From the human T2T-CHM13v2.0 reference genome, Homo sapiens, in NCBI RefSeq assembly GCF_009914755.1, contig NC_060947.1: a DNA stretch of 64,000 nt. One strand, given 5' to 3'. The first letter of the stretch is position 1, and each line of letters opens with the position of its first letter. Under the pieces are notes generated by a model. It was given only the letters and a program-made list of their open reading frames with translations. It ran no database searches and had not been told where the DNA came from. Positions 37,831 to 50,494 of the stretch are shown piece by piece. Position numbers and translations under genes: made by a program.

Positions 37831-38672
37831 CATTTGCAGAATATTTTAGGAGAGTTGCAAGATCAGAACTTATTTGTAAGCAGGAATTGTTCTGTTATTA
37901 AAAAACTTACAACAGAGACTAGAAAAAGAAATATATTGCTCATGTGAGTAAATATTTACATACACCAAAATATTTATGTTCATATATGTGAGTACTGCTT
38001 TCCACAGGGGGAGAGGAAAACGTGTAAATATTTACTCACTGGAAATAGCTGACAAGTAGTTAGGAAATAAGAATATTTATACTGTACATTGGTTTTGTGC
38101 TGTCAAATTGTTTCATCTGGAGTCTATGCACTAATTCCCAAATTGGACATGCAATACAAGAATCCTGAAATTGTAAATTCAGAGCTCCATTTGGAGTTAC
38201 CTAACTTGGTTGTGAGACTAATTTCAAAACAAAGTTAATTCTGATTTTTCTAAATCATATTTTCTAAAAATGTACACTGCTTTTTAAGATGTCCTGATTC
38301 TTTCTAGGAGAAATTATCCTTAGGCTAAAAATCAAAGGCCCTGTCTTTATGCCCTGAGCCCCATGCTGTGGGTTCTTGCTAGGAGACATACTCTGGGGAC
38401 CACTCCTGGGCCAATAGTTAGAAGTGGTTGGGAAGCAGGTCAAATAGTTAATAGGCCAGACAATGGCCCAGATTGCTAGTGACTCCCAGACAGCCAAAGA
38501 TAGAAAAATTTTCAAATAAAAAAATTACATAAGTAGTTGGGATTTTGAGAGATATTATAATGAAATAGAATTCAAATAAATGAATAAATATATATTATGG
38601 ACCTAGTGTACTGGCTTTGGACTGACACTTTCACATGCCACTGTGTTTAGTCCTTACTGCAGCAGATAACTT

Positions 38673-39312
38673 TTGTATCAGTTGGATAACCTTTAACTGC
38701 AAATAACAAAAAATCTCAGTGCAACTGATTCAAACAAAGGATTTACTCCCTCATGTAATAAGGAGGTCTAAAATGTGGATGCTCTAGGATTGGTTAATTC
38801 AGTGATTCACCTCAGTCATCTAGGTCTTATGCTCTTTCTATCTTTCCCTCTGCATTCTTGGTATATTATTTTGTCCTTGGCAAAATCGCCTCATGGTCGC
38901 AAGACGGCTGCTGGAGTTCTGGAATTCATTTGCAGATATTATAAGGTGTAATAGAAAAAGTAGAGTTTTTATCTCAATACATCTCTCTTTATCATCCAAA
39001 TCTTTCCCAGAAGGCTTCCAAAGCCTTCCCCTCCCAGAGCACTGGCCAGAATTAAATTACACACCCATGAGTAACCAATCACTACCAAAGGGAGTGGGAC
39101 CATCATACTTAACTTAGGCGAATCATTTCTTGTAAATTTGAGAATTAGGGCATAGACTCCAGTTCTCTGGCTCGTGAGGCCAAGACTACAGCCTGCTTCC
39201 TTTGAAGCATGTGGCCTCACTGAACAAGGAGGATTCCTGAATGACATTGAGGTTTTGTAAAAAAGGATAAAGAAGGTAAAAAGTTACCGGGTAGGCAACA
39301 GGGTCCACTGCA
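38673..39312 (-). mobile_element. MaLR LTR (MLT1K/L-like) inside a MIR
   Basis: TGTATCAGTTGGATAAC...CCTCATGGTCGCAAGACGGCTGC...GGGTAGGCAACAGGGTCCACTGCA; MIR sequence on both sides. Confidence 0.7.
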
Positions 39313-40377
39313 TCCCATTTGAAACGTGGGGAAAACGAAGCTCAGAGAGGTTGTGACGTGCATTTAATAAATGCTACAGCTGCAATCCAAATCCAGAGTC
39401 TTTTTCTGTCAATACCATGGCTGCCTTAAGTATCTCCAACTGCTGTTGCTTTTATGTTACTGGAACAGTTGGGTGCGTGGGCACAACTGATGTTTTCCAC
39501 TGAGCTCCCTTCTCTATTTCCTGTCTAGACGATTGTGAAAGGGCTGCTTGTGTGAATTTAATTCACTCATAGGCATTACCCACCTGCCACGGGCTACAAA
39601 CCTCATTCCTCCCTCCTTCTCCAGCAATATTGTCAAGAGGCCACACTTTCCCTAGCTTGGAGATCTGCCCAGAGGAGCATCTCTGGACCTAGGCGGGAGG
39701 AGTGAAAAGCCAGGGAAAGGACTATGGCTCCTTGGCCAGCACTATTTTTGCTGCAGGTGCCTGAGCTTGTCCCACACTCTGTCTCCACCATGCTTAGATT
39801 CTGGCTTCCCAGTGCTCAGTTCCTCCAGCTTGGGTTGTATATTGCCTGTCATCCAGCTCCCTGCCCCTCTGGCCCCTGCAAAATATATGCTCCTCTTTCC
39901 TTATGATGATGTCTTCAGTATCTCTGCATTTCTGGAGCCTTCCCTGTCTCTTTGACATAGACCAGGGTGCTCCTCTTTTCAGTTTCCTTTGCCTTTAGAA
40001 CATTCCTCCCCTCCCACTTAGGGTATTGTCTTATATCAGGTTGTCATATATTAGTTTGTTTCCACATTATATTGTATTTCCTGGGGATGAATCTACATCT
40101 CTTCATCTTGGCTCAGTCGGCCCCAGTGAAGATCAAAATATCTTTAGCATAGTGGCAACCATCTTCCTTGCAAGGTCTATACACATAAGTTTTTACACAG
40201 TTTTTGTGAGACTTTTAATAAGTTTTTGTTTATTAGCTAATGAAGGAAGAAGGAGATTTATTCATGTTTGTTTGCTTTGTTTATGTGTTTGGTTTGTTTG
40301 CTTGTTTGTTCATTTTTAATGCTAAAACAGTAGGAGAAGAGAGAGAAGAGAGATAAGAGAGTAGAGAAGGGGCACCA

Positions 40378-41025
40378 TGGCAGAGGCCACTGGTCACCTG
40401 CTTAAATACCCTAAATATTTTCCCCTTCTTTCTTATTAATGGAACCTTCATTTTGTTCATGGTGGCCCAACTAGAAGTCTATATTTTGCAGCTACCTTCA
40501 GCTAAAGGTAGCTACATGCTACAGCTCTGGCCACTGAAATATAAGTAGAAGTTAGTATATGGGCTTTCAAGAAAGCTTGCATGGTAGAATCTTTTGTGCA
40601 CGACCCAGATCTCTCTTGTTGATCCGAAAAGGTCTCCGTGATAAATCTCCCACATGCTAATGTCCATCTAAGAGTCTGAATTCTGGGCAGCCCAGCCCAT
40701 GACAGCTCCTTAAAAAGGGAGACTCAGCCAATTGATATTTTTTGATCTTTGACCTTCTTTTTCCTACCTTGTACAAAACATTATAAAGAGGGCAGAGAGC
40801 CATCTTGTGACCGTGAAACAACAAGCATAAAGTTGAAAGCCACCCATTCAGGACAGCCAAATGAAAGCATGAAGAATCCCCCTGTCTTGGTGGCATTGTA
40901 GAACCATGGTACAGTCCTAGACTGACTGACTACCCCTGAATTTCGCGGTCTGTGAAAAATAGAAGCAAATCACAATTTGACTAAGCCACTGTTATATGCA
41001 ATAAAACCTATTTCTACCTGAAACA
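40378..41025 (+). mobile_element. MaLR LTR, MLT1J/K-like, with a short LTR16-like insert at 40580-40704
   Basis: GCAGCTACCTTCAGCTAAAGGTAGCTACATG...GCAGAGAGCCATCTTGTGACCGTGA...CTAAGCCACTGTT. Confidence 0.68.
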
Positions 41026-42010
41026 GCTACCAATAGCACCTGAAGGACAGTTTTGAGCCCTTGTTAAAGAGAGAGTCACTCGCTTAGTAGTCAACAAACA
41101 GTCAATATGTCTCTTCTATTATCTTCAGCTCTGTGCCAAGCATTGGGGAAATAGCATTAAACAAGACAGGCAAGGTCCCTGCTCTCATAGAGTTTACATT
41201 TGCATAAAGAGAGACAGAGAAATATGTAAACAAAATGAATAGACAAGGTAATTGCAGAAAGTGATACAGGCTATGAAGGAAATAATCACTGTTTTTTGCT
41301 AATGTATAACTTGGGTGGGGGTAAGGGTCTGCTTTTAAAAAGGTGGTCAGAGAAAGGCTATCTGAGAAAGCAAAGGCGACATGATCTTTAAAGACTGAGT
41401 AGAAGGGAGAGGTGTGAAGATAGGGGAAGAGAACAGAAAGGCACTGGGGAGGGTGGACCAGTGTCTGAAGAACAGATAGGAGCAAGGTGTGCCTCAGTCT
41501 TGGTGAGCACAAGGAAGTACACAGGCGTAGATCACATAGGGCATTGCAGAGCAAGGCAGTGTGCTCAAATTCCAGTACTATTATAATGGTGCACCGCTGA
41601 AGCAACAGCCTGCGGGATGTTCCATTTTGGCTGCTGTGAAGAATCGGCTATAGTGGTGGCAAGAGTAGCAGTGGAGAGGCCATTTAGGAAAACAGGTGAG
41701 GGAGGATGGAGGTTTGGAATAAGACTGTAGCAGTGGAAATGGAAAGAAGTAGATGGATTTGAGATTTTGGAGGTAAGTCCAAAAGGACTTACTTCTGGAC
41801 TGGATGTAGGGAATGGGGCAAAAGATTAAAAAATGATTTCTAGATTTTTGGCTTTAGCATCTGGAAGAAAGTGAGGCCATTTACCAAGATGACAAAAATT
41901 TAAAGGGAATACATATGTGATGAGGACAATTAAGAATTAAGAATTCCATTTTTTTTCTATGCTAAGTTTGAGATGTCTGTTAGAAATTAAAGAAGAGATG
42001 TTAACTGATA

Positions 42011-42441
42011 TTGGGGTGGTGAAAATGTGTCACTTAGATCTCTTGCTGCATGAAGCAAAGTTGATTGATGGTCCCACCTTCTACATTGCACACTGAGGCC
42101 ACATTTGCCACAGGCTGCTCCCAGGCAGTGACTGAAGACACCAGGGATACTAAAGCAGGTCCACTCCTGCAGGACATGGGGACTCCTCTGACAGGCAACC
42201 TTGGCTCAAGGACTCTTCATCAGCCTGGCTGGACATTTTCTGGAATTCTGCTACAGTCCAAGACTTTTTCTACCCAAGTCCCCTTCCTTCACTCTCCTTC
42301 CACAGGTGTCAGACCTGCATTGCTCTCTGGAGGCTCCACCTGCTCTAGCTCCCTACCTGCTGTTTTACTTGACAGGATTTTCCTCCAATAAATCTCTTGC
42401 ACTTGTAATCCAGTCTGTTTTTTGGAGGACCCAAATGAACA
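42011..42441 (+). mobile_element. ERVL solo LTR, LTR16A/B-like
   Basis: GGCTGCTCCCAGGCAGTGACTGA...TCCTTCCACAGGTGTCAGACCTGCA...CCAATAAATCTCTTGCAC...GGAGGACCCAAATGAACA. Confidence 0.82.
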
Positions 42442-42686
42442 AAACTAAGCAGGTTATCTATAAGCTTGGAGGGGTCTGTGCTGGAAATGTAAATCTGGAA
42501 TATAGATGCTTCAGTATTCAAAGTCATGAGACTGTATGCGATCACCTAGGAGTGTAGGTATAGATAAAGAAAAGATGACTGTGAGACTAAACCTTGGAGT
42601 TATCTTTGTAGAAGTTGAGTAGAAGACAAAGAGCAAAATTTGTGTCATGAAAAATGAGGTATGGAAGTATTTTAAGAAGCAGGGAG

Positions 42687-43003
<317 letters not shown>

Positions 43004-43841
43004 AAGAAGCAGGGAGGGCCAACTGTGTCAATTGCTTCTGCGAGAACCAGCACAATGAGGGATAAGGAGAGTGTCCATTGGATTTGGTAACTTGGTAACT
43101 TGGAAATCAGAGCATGTAAATTTGTTGGGTTAGTGTTGAAAATATGGAGGCTTCATGTCATTATTTCCACTTTGTTAACAAAGAATGACATGAGAGCATA
43201 AGCTTTTGAGTAAGGAGTTGGGGAAATGTACGTTTGAAGAAAGAGAAGAAAGTGTGAAGTAGGTTTATCAGAGGGCAAATTTAACAAGCTTCCTAAGAAG
43301 GCTTGCCATGTGGTTAGAATGCTATTTCGAGGTTTGTGGTTATATATTTAAAGTGCAATCAGTTAGACCATTTGGGTAAAGGTCAACATGGAAAAGGCTG
43401 ATTTCATTATAAAAGCATGTGAGACAGAGACAAGTGGAACTTTCCAGGACCCAAGGGATAAAAAGCCACCCAAGTTTGGAGAGGAAGTCATTCTTTCCCC
43501 ATATCTTTTCACTCTAGATCTCAATGCAACTTTGGCACTCTAGCACTTCAGGGTTGGCACTGCCGGAAAGAACTGATGTGTGGTGGAACTGTGAGTATGA
43601 CCATAGTCCCCAGGGGAACCACATCTTCTCAGCAGCGTTGGAGCAGGGTCCATGAAGAAGAGTCATCTCCTGAATGGTTGACTGGTTGTGGTTCTCCTCT
43701 AAGATGCCAAAGTTACAAAACCTGAGTGGACTTCTTCTCACAGTCAAAGCTTTCTCTGAGCAGTCTCAGAAAAACCTGGAGGAAACTTTATCATCCTGTA
43801 GCCTTTTCGGTAGAAACAACATGCTGTTGCAACTTAAATAC

Positions 43842-44291
43842 TATGATGGTTAATTGTATGTGTCAACTTGGCTGGATCACAGTGCCCAGATATTTGGTCA
43901 AACATTATTCTGGTTGCTTCTGTGAGGGTGTTTTTGGATGAGATTAACATTTGAATGGGTGGGCTTTGAATAAAGCAGATGACCCTCCCTCATATGGGTG
44001 GGCCTTATCCAATCAGCTGATGGTTTGAATAGAGCAAAAATCTGACCTTCTCTGACCAAGAGGGAATTCTGTCAGAACACTAGCTTTTTCCTGGGCCTTC
44101 AGCCTCTGCTAACCTATCCTGCAGATTTTGGACTTTCCAGCTTCCATAATTGTGTGAGCTAATGCCTTAAAATAAATCTCTCTCTATCTCTGTCTCTGTA
44201 TCTCTGTCTCCCTCTCTCCCCCCGCCAACACACACCCACCCACACCCACACACATCCCATTGATTCTGGTTCTCTAGAGAACCCTAACACA
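43842..44291 (+). mobile_element. ERVL solo LTR, MLT2 (MLT2D-like)
   Basis: TGATGGTTAATTGTATGTGTCAACTTGGCTGG...CCCAGATATTTGGTCAAACATTATTCTGG...TCTCTAGAGAACCCTAACACA. Confidence 0.9.
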
Positions 44292-44314
44292 GATATAAAT
44301 TCTAGTATGACTTA

Positions 44315-44553
44315 TGTCTTGTCCAATAGTACTGCTATAAAAGGAATACCCGAGGCTGGGCAATGTATAAAGAAAATAAGTTTATTTGGCTCACAGTTAT
44401 TCATGCTGTACAAGAAACATGGCACCAGCATGTGTTTCTGGTGAGGGCTTCAGGAAGCTTCCACTAATGGCAGAAGGCAAAGGGGAGCTGGTGTGTGCAG
44501 ATCAATTGTGAGAGAGGAGGCAAGAGAGAGAGAGAGGAGGAGGAGGAATCAGG

Positions 44554-44589
<36 letters not shown>

Positions 44590-44740
44590 TCAGCTCTCAC
44601 AGGAACTAGAACAAGAACTCACTCATTACCATGAGGGATCTGTCCCTGTGACCCAAACACCTCTCACCAGGTCCCACCTCCAACATTGGGGATCACATTT
44701 CAACATAAGTTTTAGAAGGTCAAATAACCAAACCATAGCA
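44315..44740 (-). mobile_element. MaLR solo LTR, MSTB-like, containing a T30 run (44555-44584)
   Basis: CTGCTATAAAAGGAATACCCGAGGCTGGG...TCTGGTGAGGGCTTCAGGAAGCTTCCACT...CCAAACCATAGCA. Confidence 0.9.
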
Positions 44741-44789
44741 CCTCATTTGCCCTCAAAGCCTGTGGAGGTCTAAATACTAAAGTTACATT

Positions 44790-44945
44790 TTTTATATCCA
44801 GAACCTGAAGCATTATCACATAAAAGTAGTCTAATTAGTGTTTGTTGAATAGATGAACAGATAGATGGATGAATAAGTAAGCAGAAGGAAGGAAGAGTAG
44901 ATGGATGGATGGATGGATGGATGGATGGATGGATGGATAACTGAA
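44790..44945 (+). repeat. L2 tail with (GGAT)n microsatellite
   Basis: TGTTTGTTGAATAGATGAA followed by GATGGATGGATGGATGG... Confidence 0.8.
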
Positions 44946-44959
44946 TAGATAATTGGATG

Positions 44960-45140
44960 ATACCGTGGTGGAAAGAGCACTGAGCTTGGAGTCAGATGTT
45001 TTGCATTTAATTCCCAATATTGCCGCTTCTTAGTTTTGTGACCTTGAATATTTCTTTATTATTGAAATGGGAATAATAATAAATAACAATACTTGACTTA
45101 TCAATCCCATAGGAACCTTGTGGCAATTAAGTTATTTGGA
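44960..45140 (+). mobile_element. MIR-family fragment
   Basis: GTGGTGGAAAGAGCACTGAGCTTGGAGTCAGA...TGTGACCTTGAA...AAATGGGAATAATAAT. Confidence 0.75.
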
Positions 45141-47344
45141 ATGAAATGCCCCCAAAAGCTAATGCTACCCTAGATTGCATTCATAAACATACAGTACTCA
45201 TATCAAAGCTCCAATAGTCCCACAGTGCTCTGCAGCATTGAGACAAGTTGAAGTATCTATTGTATGTCTTGAGAACTGATGTTGTTTTAGAAACTATGAA
45301 GCACTCCATACCTCCAAAGCACTTTTATTATCACCTTTATTTTTTCACAGTCTCTGATCCCATTTTTTAATTCTTTCTTTACATTTCTGAAAATTTGAGG
45401 ACTTTCCTTGCTACCTGCCTTCCTGCTGAAGAAGCTAGACTTTTTGGACCAAATCTGTGGTACGCTTGGCTTTTTATTATTCTTAATAAAAAGAGGAGTT
45501 TATTGGTTTACATATATCAGAAATATAAAGCTTTGCTTGTAGCTAAGAGTTCAGATTCCAACTCTGTCTCCTTTTCTCCATCTCATTTTGCTTTCCTTGG
45601 CATTAGCTTCATTCTCAGGCATTCTTTTTCCATGTGGAAAGATAGTGTGCTGGCCTTCTGTCGCCTGCAGTGTTCTTTGAGTCTAGCTCTATTTCTGATC
45701 CAACTCTCTTTTCTTAAGATACTCCCTCACCCCAAAACAAACATATGTATATTCAGCCAATCTCGTCTTCTTGCTTCATCTTCTGATTGGGACTCAGACC
45801 AGCATCCAGCAGAACTAATAGAATTTCTTCTACCAAACTGCCTTGGGATAAAGAATGCAGTTAACTCACTGGGACTCCAGATTGGTTGGCTGCAGAAAGC
45901 TCTATGATTTAAAAAAGAATCATGATGTATTGAATTCTCGACTTTCTGAAAAAAAAAATACTCCTAGGCTGTCAGGGGGCAGAAATACACTGGGGACACT
46001 GGGTTCCATTTTCAAAACTCAGCTGTGTTTTGCATCGAGACAATTCAGTCCAAAAGGCTCTCTGAAGCTACTCTGAAAGTGAGAAGCCTCAATAGCCATT
46101 GAAATGGGCTAAACGCGTCTGATTTAATTAAATCATAGAGCAGTCCCACTCCAGAGCAATATAATTATATTTGTCCATTTATATAACTGTCGACTGCTTT
46201 CCTTCTGTCCAGAAAAATGGGATTGGGCCTCTTGTAATATCAGCTTCTCTAGACTATGCATACATACAGACATCCTAGAAAAGAAGGACCATGTCTTCAC
46301 ATAGCACTGTGCCTGTAGCAGAGCTCAGTAAAGAGTCCTCCAGCATTTGACTATCTGATTCTTAGCCATTGATCTTGTCCTATGAAAACAAGAATTCAAA
46401 GGGCCTCAGAAATGGATTTCCATACACTAGTATATGACAGTTCCTAAATTAAAGTTTTTTGCTTTACTTCCATAGAACAGCGTATCCAGATTTTTATTCA
46501 GGGTCATAAGTGAAGCATAGCATTGGCAAACAGGTCCCTCACCCAGAAAGTCAGGGTGGGCTTGAACAACAGGCAGGAAGCTGGGATGCCATCCCAGTTT
46601 CTGTTCTAAGTGTTTCTGCCCTGGCCCCCTGAAACTAGAACACCACCAGCTGAAACCTTCGTTTTGGCTCTTTGTATCGGCAAAGAACTCTAACACATTT
46701 TTCTATTCAGAATCAGAGCCATCTAGTTCTGTGTTTCCCAACACAAACTCTACTAAGAAAAGGTAAGCTCTTCAAATTCTCCACCATGGATCAATTAAAA
46801 ATGATATAGATGTAATATATATTTATTACATTATTTAATAAACAAGAGAAACCAGTTGAAACTCTTTTTATTCATTTATTTTATCACTAAAATAAAATAT
46901 TAGTTCACATTAAAGATATTTTATTTAAAGATGAATTTTATTCATCTTTTAAGATTCAGATTTGAAGAAGTAAGGGTTTTCAGTCACAGAAAAAAAATAC
47001 AGTCTGGAAAATTTGTCCTGGACTAATGCCCTATTGAATGTCGGGCTTTGATTCAATTTCAAACCTTTGTGTTTCTTCTACAGAAAGAGAGAACTGATGC
47101 CTGAGATCACAGACCTGAGACCAAAACTTTGCTATCTAGACACCAGTCCCATGAGCTTTCTGCCGTCCTAGGCTCCCTCATAATGAACGCCAATGAACAA
47201 TCAATCGATTTACAAATAAATTTGGTGTTTGTGAGGTTCAGTGCTCTACCTAAACAGAAAACAACTTGTATTTCCCACCTGGAAGAATTAACAGTATATG
47301 TTTTCATCTTATTGATTACTCTGGTCTCCAATTTCCAATGTCAG

Positions 47345-47894
47345 TATGAAATAGCAGTTAGGATATATTTCAGTACAACAGAAAAATCTACCTACCAGTG
47401 GCTTATGCCACAAGTATGCATATTGCTTACTTAACCAGTAGCCTGGAGGTGGCCAGTTGCAGGATTGGTTCAGCAGCTTAACCAGGCCAACAAATATCCT
47501 CCAATTGCACAATCCTCAGACTGATGCCTTTATTCTCAGATTGGCTGCCTCATGGTCTCAAGATGGCTTCAGCAGCCCCAGGCATCATCCTCACATGTCA
47601 GCATCCAAAGCAGGAAGAAAAGAAGGGGTAAAAGGCCTTGTTCTCTTGTGGCCTTGTTTTATCGAGGAGCTAGTATTTCTCAGTGTCTCTCCAGCACAGA
47701 TCTTCTTACATCTCACGGTCCAGAACTGGGTCACAAGGTACTAGTCAATTGCAAAAGAGAATTGTCTGGTTGCCTTGGTCTAATCATGATTTATCCTTTG
47801 AGCCTGGGCACATTGCCAATGAACAAACCAAAGTTCCATTAGCAAGGTAAAATGGGGAACACCCTTTGTCTAAACAACCATCAGTGTCTGGCAC
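47345..47894 (-). mobile_element. MaLR LTR, MLT1K/L-like
   Basis: GCCTCATGGTCTCAAGATGGCTTCAGCAGC...CCAGAACTGGGTCACA...AACAACCATCAGTGTCTGGCACA. Confidence 0.72.
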
Positions 47895-48699
47895 ACAAAG
47901 TCACTCAGACACTGATACGTGAAAATGAGAAGTGTTCCCCCTGGAAAAAATGGCCACAAACTGCCTCTTTTCAACATTGTGACACCATCAATAATTTGTG
48001 TCTAAAAATATAGAGACACCCTGTCACATAGCACATCCTAAGCCCATAGCAGTTTGTCCAATGAGCTTTTGTAACCCCCTCCTAAAGATACATCAACCCA
48101 CAGGCAGTGCTACTCAAGGCCATGGGGCAGTCCTCTCTCCGTGCTTCTAGGACCTACCACTTCACCTCTACTCTGTTCTCCTCCAGCGCCTTTCAGCCTT
48201 CAGAAAAGAGGTCTAGGGACTTGCTAACACCTTTGTATGTTTCTTTACTGCACACACCTCCAGGAATTCCCTTAACTGCAAACTCGGTGCCCTGAGAGGC
48301 CCCAGGTATCAAGGGATCTAATGTTAGTGGCAGCCCAGCGAAAATGCTACTGCTGCTCCAGGTGTGAAGTGCTTCTACAGATGAAAGAAATTCTTTTTAA
48401 AAAGCCAAGAGGAAGTATTTCTTTCATGTCGAAATTTTAGATATTGTAACATGGAGATGGCAGTGGGGAGATGAGCTGTTTAGGGCCTCTCCTGCAGCCC
48501 CCAGATTACCCCATCAGAGGACCCTGCCCAAGTGGACAATCGTTAGCTCCAGGGAGCCTGTGGGCCAGCCTCTCTCTCCCAGATCACTGTTGTGTCCAGG
48601 CTTTGCATTCAGGAAGCACACATCTTAGGTGATTCTGAGTGTTATCACCAAGTTTCCTACTCTTTGGAGTTGATGTCTCTGAGTTTGTACTGCACATGA

Positions 48700-48890
48700 G
48701 CATGTTTATGTTATTCTGTGACCCCCTCTGCTGTGGAGCTGGTTTCTTTGACGATGTTTCTGTTTTCTCTTCCAGACTGGGAGCTCCTGGAGCCTGGGGC
48801 TGACATCATATTTATATGTGTATTTCTTGTGCCTGGCCTAATGCCTGCATCTCAGAGGAACACCCAGTAACTATTACATTAACAAATGAC
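48700..48890 (+). mobile_element. L2 3' end
   Basis: CCAGACTGGGAGCTCCTGGAG...GTGCCTGGCCTAATGCCTG. Confidence 0.6.
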
Positions 48891-49395
48891 CTCAGAGACC
48901 AAGAAGGAGGATAAAGCTCTTTCCAGGTCTAAAGGCAGGGTTGAAAAAGAGAGGGAGACAATTACAGCCACTGCTTTCTGGCAGAAGACCCACCACGAAG
49001 TCCTGCAGTCCTGAGTTACACCACACCCTCATGCACACACTACAAGTCCCACGGCTGCCTTCATATTTACAATATCCCTGTGGCCAGGGCCGTTTCCTGT
49101 GTTCGATTTAGATCTATCAATAGAACACACTCTGAGAGTTTCACTTTGTGCTTTGTTTTTCCTCTGTACTAACAACATGAGTGTCCTTATCACAGTCACA
49201 CTTGCAGGCCCCCAACTCTTGCTCTCTCCTTCAGATTTACTCAGGGCCACAGGAACCCACTGTCACTGAGTGTATTTGCCAGAAAGCAGAGACTATAATT
49301 GTCTCCTCTGTTTCCAAATCCTGGCTTTATATCAAGGAAATTTGATCCTCTCTTTTGGTCCATGCACTTCTGTGTCTTTTTTCCTTATTCTGTTG

Positions 49396-49514
49396 GTCTC
49401 TCTCTCTCTCTCTTTCTCTCCCTTTCTCCCTCTCTCTCTCCCTCTTTATCCCTCTCCCCCCTTATCCCTCTCCCCCTTTCTCTCTTCTCTCTCTCTCTCT
49501 CTCTCTTTCTCTTC
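49396..49514. repeat. CT-rich polypyrimidine tract
   Basis: (CT)n and CCCT units. Confidence 0.9.
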
Positions 49515-50119
49515 AAGGACAGAAAAATATCACCAACTTTAATCCGGACTAATCTGCCCATGTGTCCGCCAGGTCTCTAGAAGATGCCGTGGGAAGAGAG
49601 AGCAGTGTTTGTGTTTGTCTTTGTGTTGGAAGAGGCACCATCTGTGTGTGGGGGAGCAAACATGAACCAGGGAACCTGCCAAACTCTACACAGGGAGGGG
49701 AAGGTGTGGAGTATGCCATCCAGAACCCAATAGCTCCTGCTTCGAGGCTGCCCAATGGGCCCAGAGCTCCTGGAAGGGTGGCTGCTTGGGCTGGCTGTGT
49801 GCATTCATGCTGAAGCATTGCCTTTTTCTCCTTGAGTGCCTGCCATTCAGAACCACTGGGATGCAGAGGACACACACACACACCGGTGTTTCCAGCTGTG
49901 CCAGAGCCTGGAGCGTGTGAGCTCACAGAAGCCAGCCTTTGCCAACTCAGACCAGGTAGAAACTAAGGACTGGGCAAGGGCTGAGGGTAGAGTTAAAGAA
50001 AGCAACCAAATCTGACAGATGAGTGTGCAAGTTTCCCCCTGCCTCAGTTTCCCCAGCTTTCAAAAAGGAATCATACTCTTTACTTGCTTTGTATATGATT
50101 TATAAGAATATCATAAACT

Positions 50120-50362
50120 GTTACCTGCTGAGTGCCTGACACTGTTTCAAAAGCTTTACTTTTATTAATTTATTCAATAGTCACAGCCACTCCACTAGAT
50201 AGGTACCATTATTTTATCTCCATTTTTCACATAAGAAATGTAGGCACAGAGAGGTTGAATAACTTGCCCAAGGGCACACAATTGGTAAGTGGCAGAGGTG
50301 GGATTTGAACCCAGGTAGCCTAGCTCCAGGATCAGTGCTCAGAACAGTCACACTATACTGCT
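50120..50362 (-). mobile_element. MIR SINE
   Basis: AGGCACAGAGAGGTTGAATAACTTGCCCAAGGGCACACAATTGGTAAGTGGCAGAGGTGGGATTTGAACCCAGG. Confidence 0.88.
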
Positions 50363-50494
50363 TTGTGATGTGTAAATACAAGTGCTTGAAATAGTCTGAA
50401 GTTCCATACAAATGTATTTTCACAAATGAGGTCAGGCAGATACTCTGCTCTGGAGAGATTATTGACTCAGTGTCATAGACTCCTGGACAATTCT

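Noticed and set aside
41102-41605. 167-aa minus-strand ORF
   Set aside because: Lies wholly within a decayed L2; chance open frame.
45395-45907. 170-aa hydrophobic ORF
   Set aside because: TTG start, T-rich composition overlapping probable decayed LTR sequence, no recognisable motif.
49878-49927. Short palindromes ACACCGGTGT and TGTGAGCTCACA
   Set aside because: Palindromes of 10-12 bp are expected by chance in 64 kb; one abuts a CA repeat.
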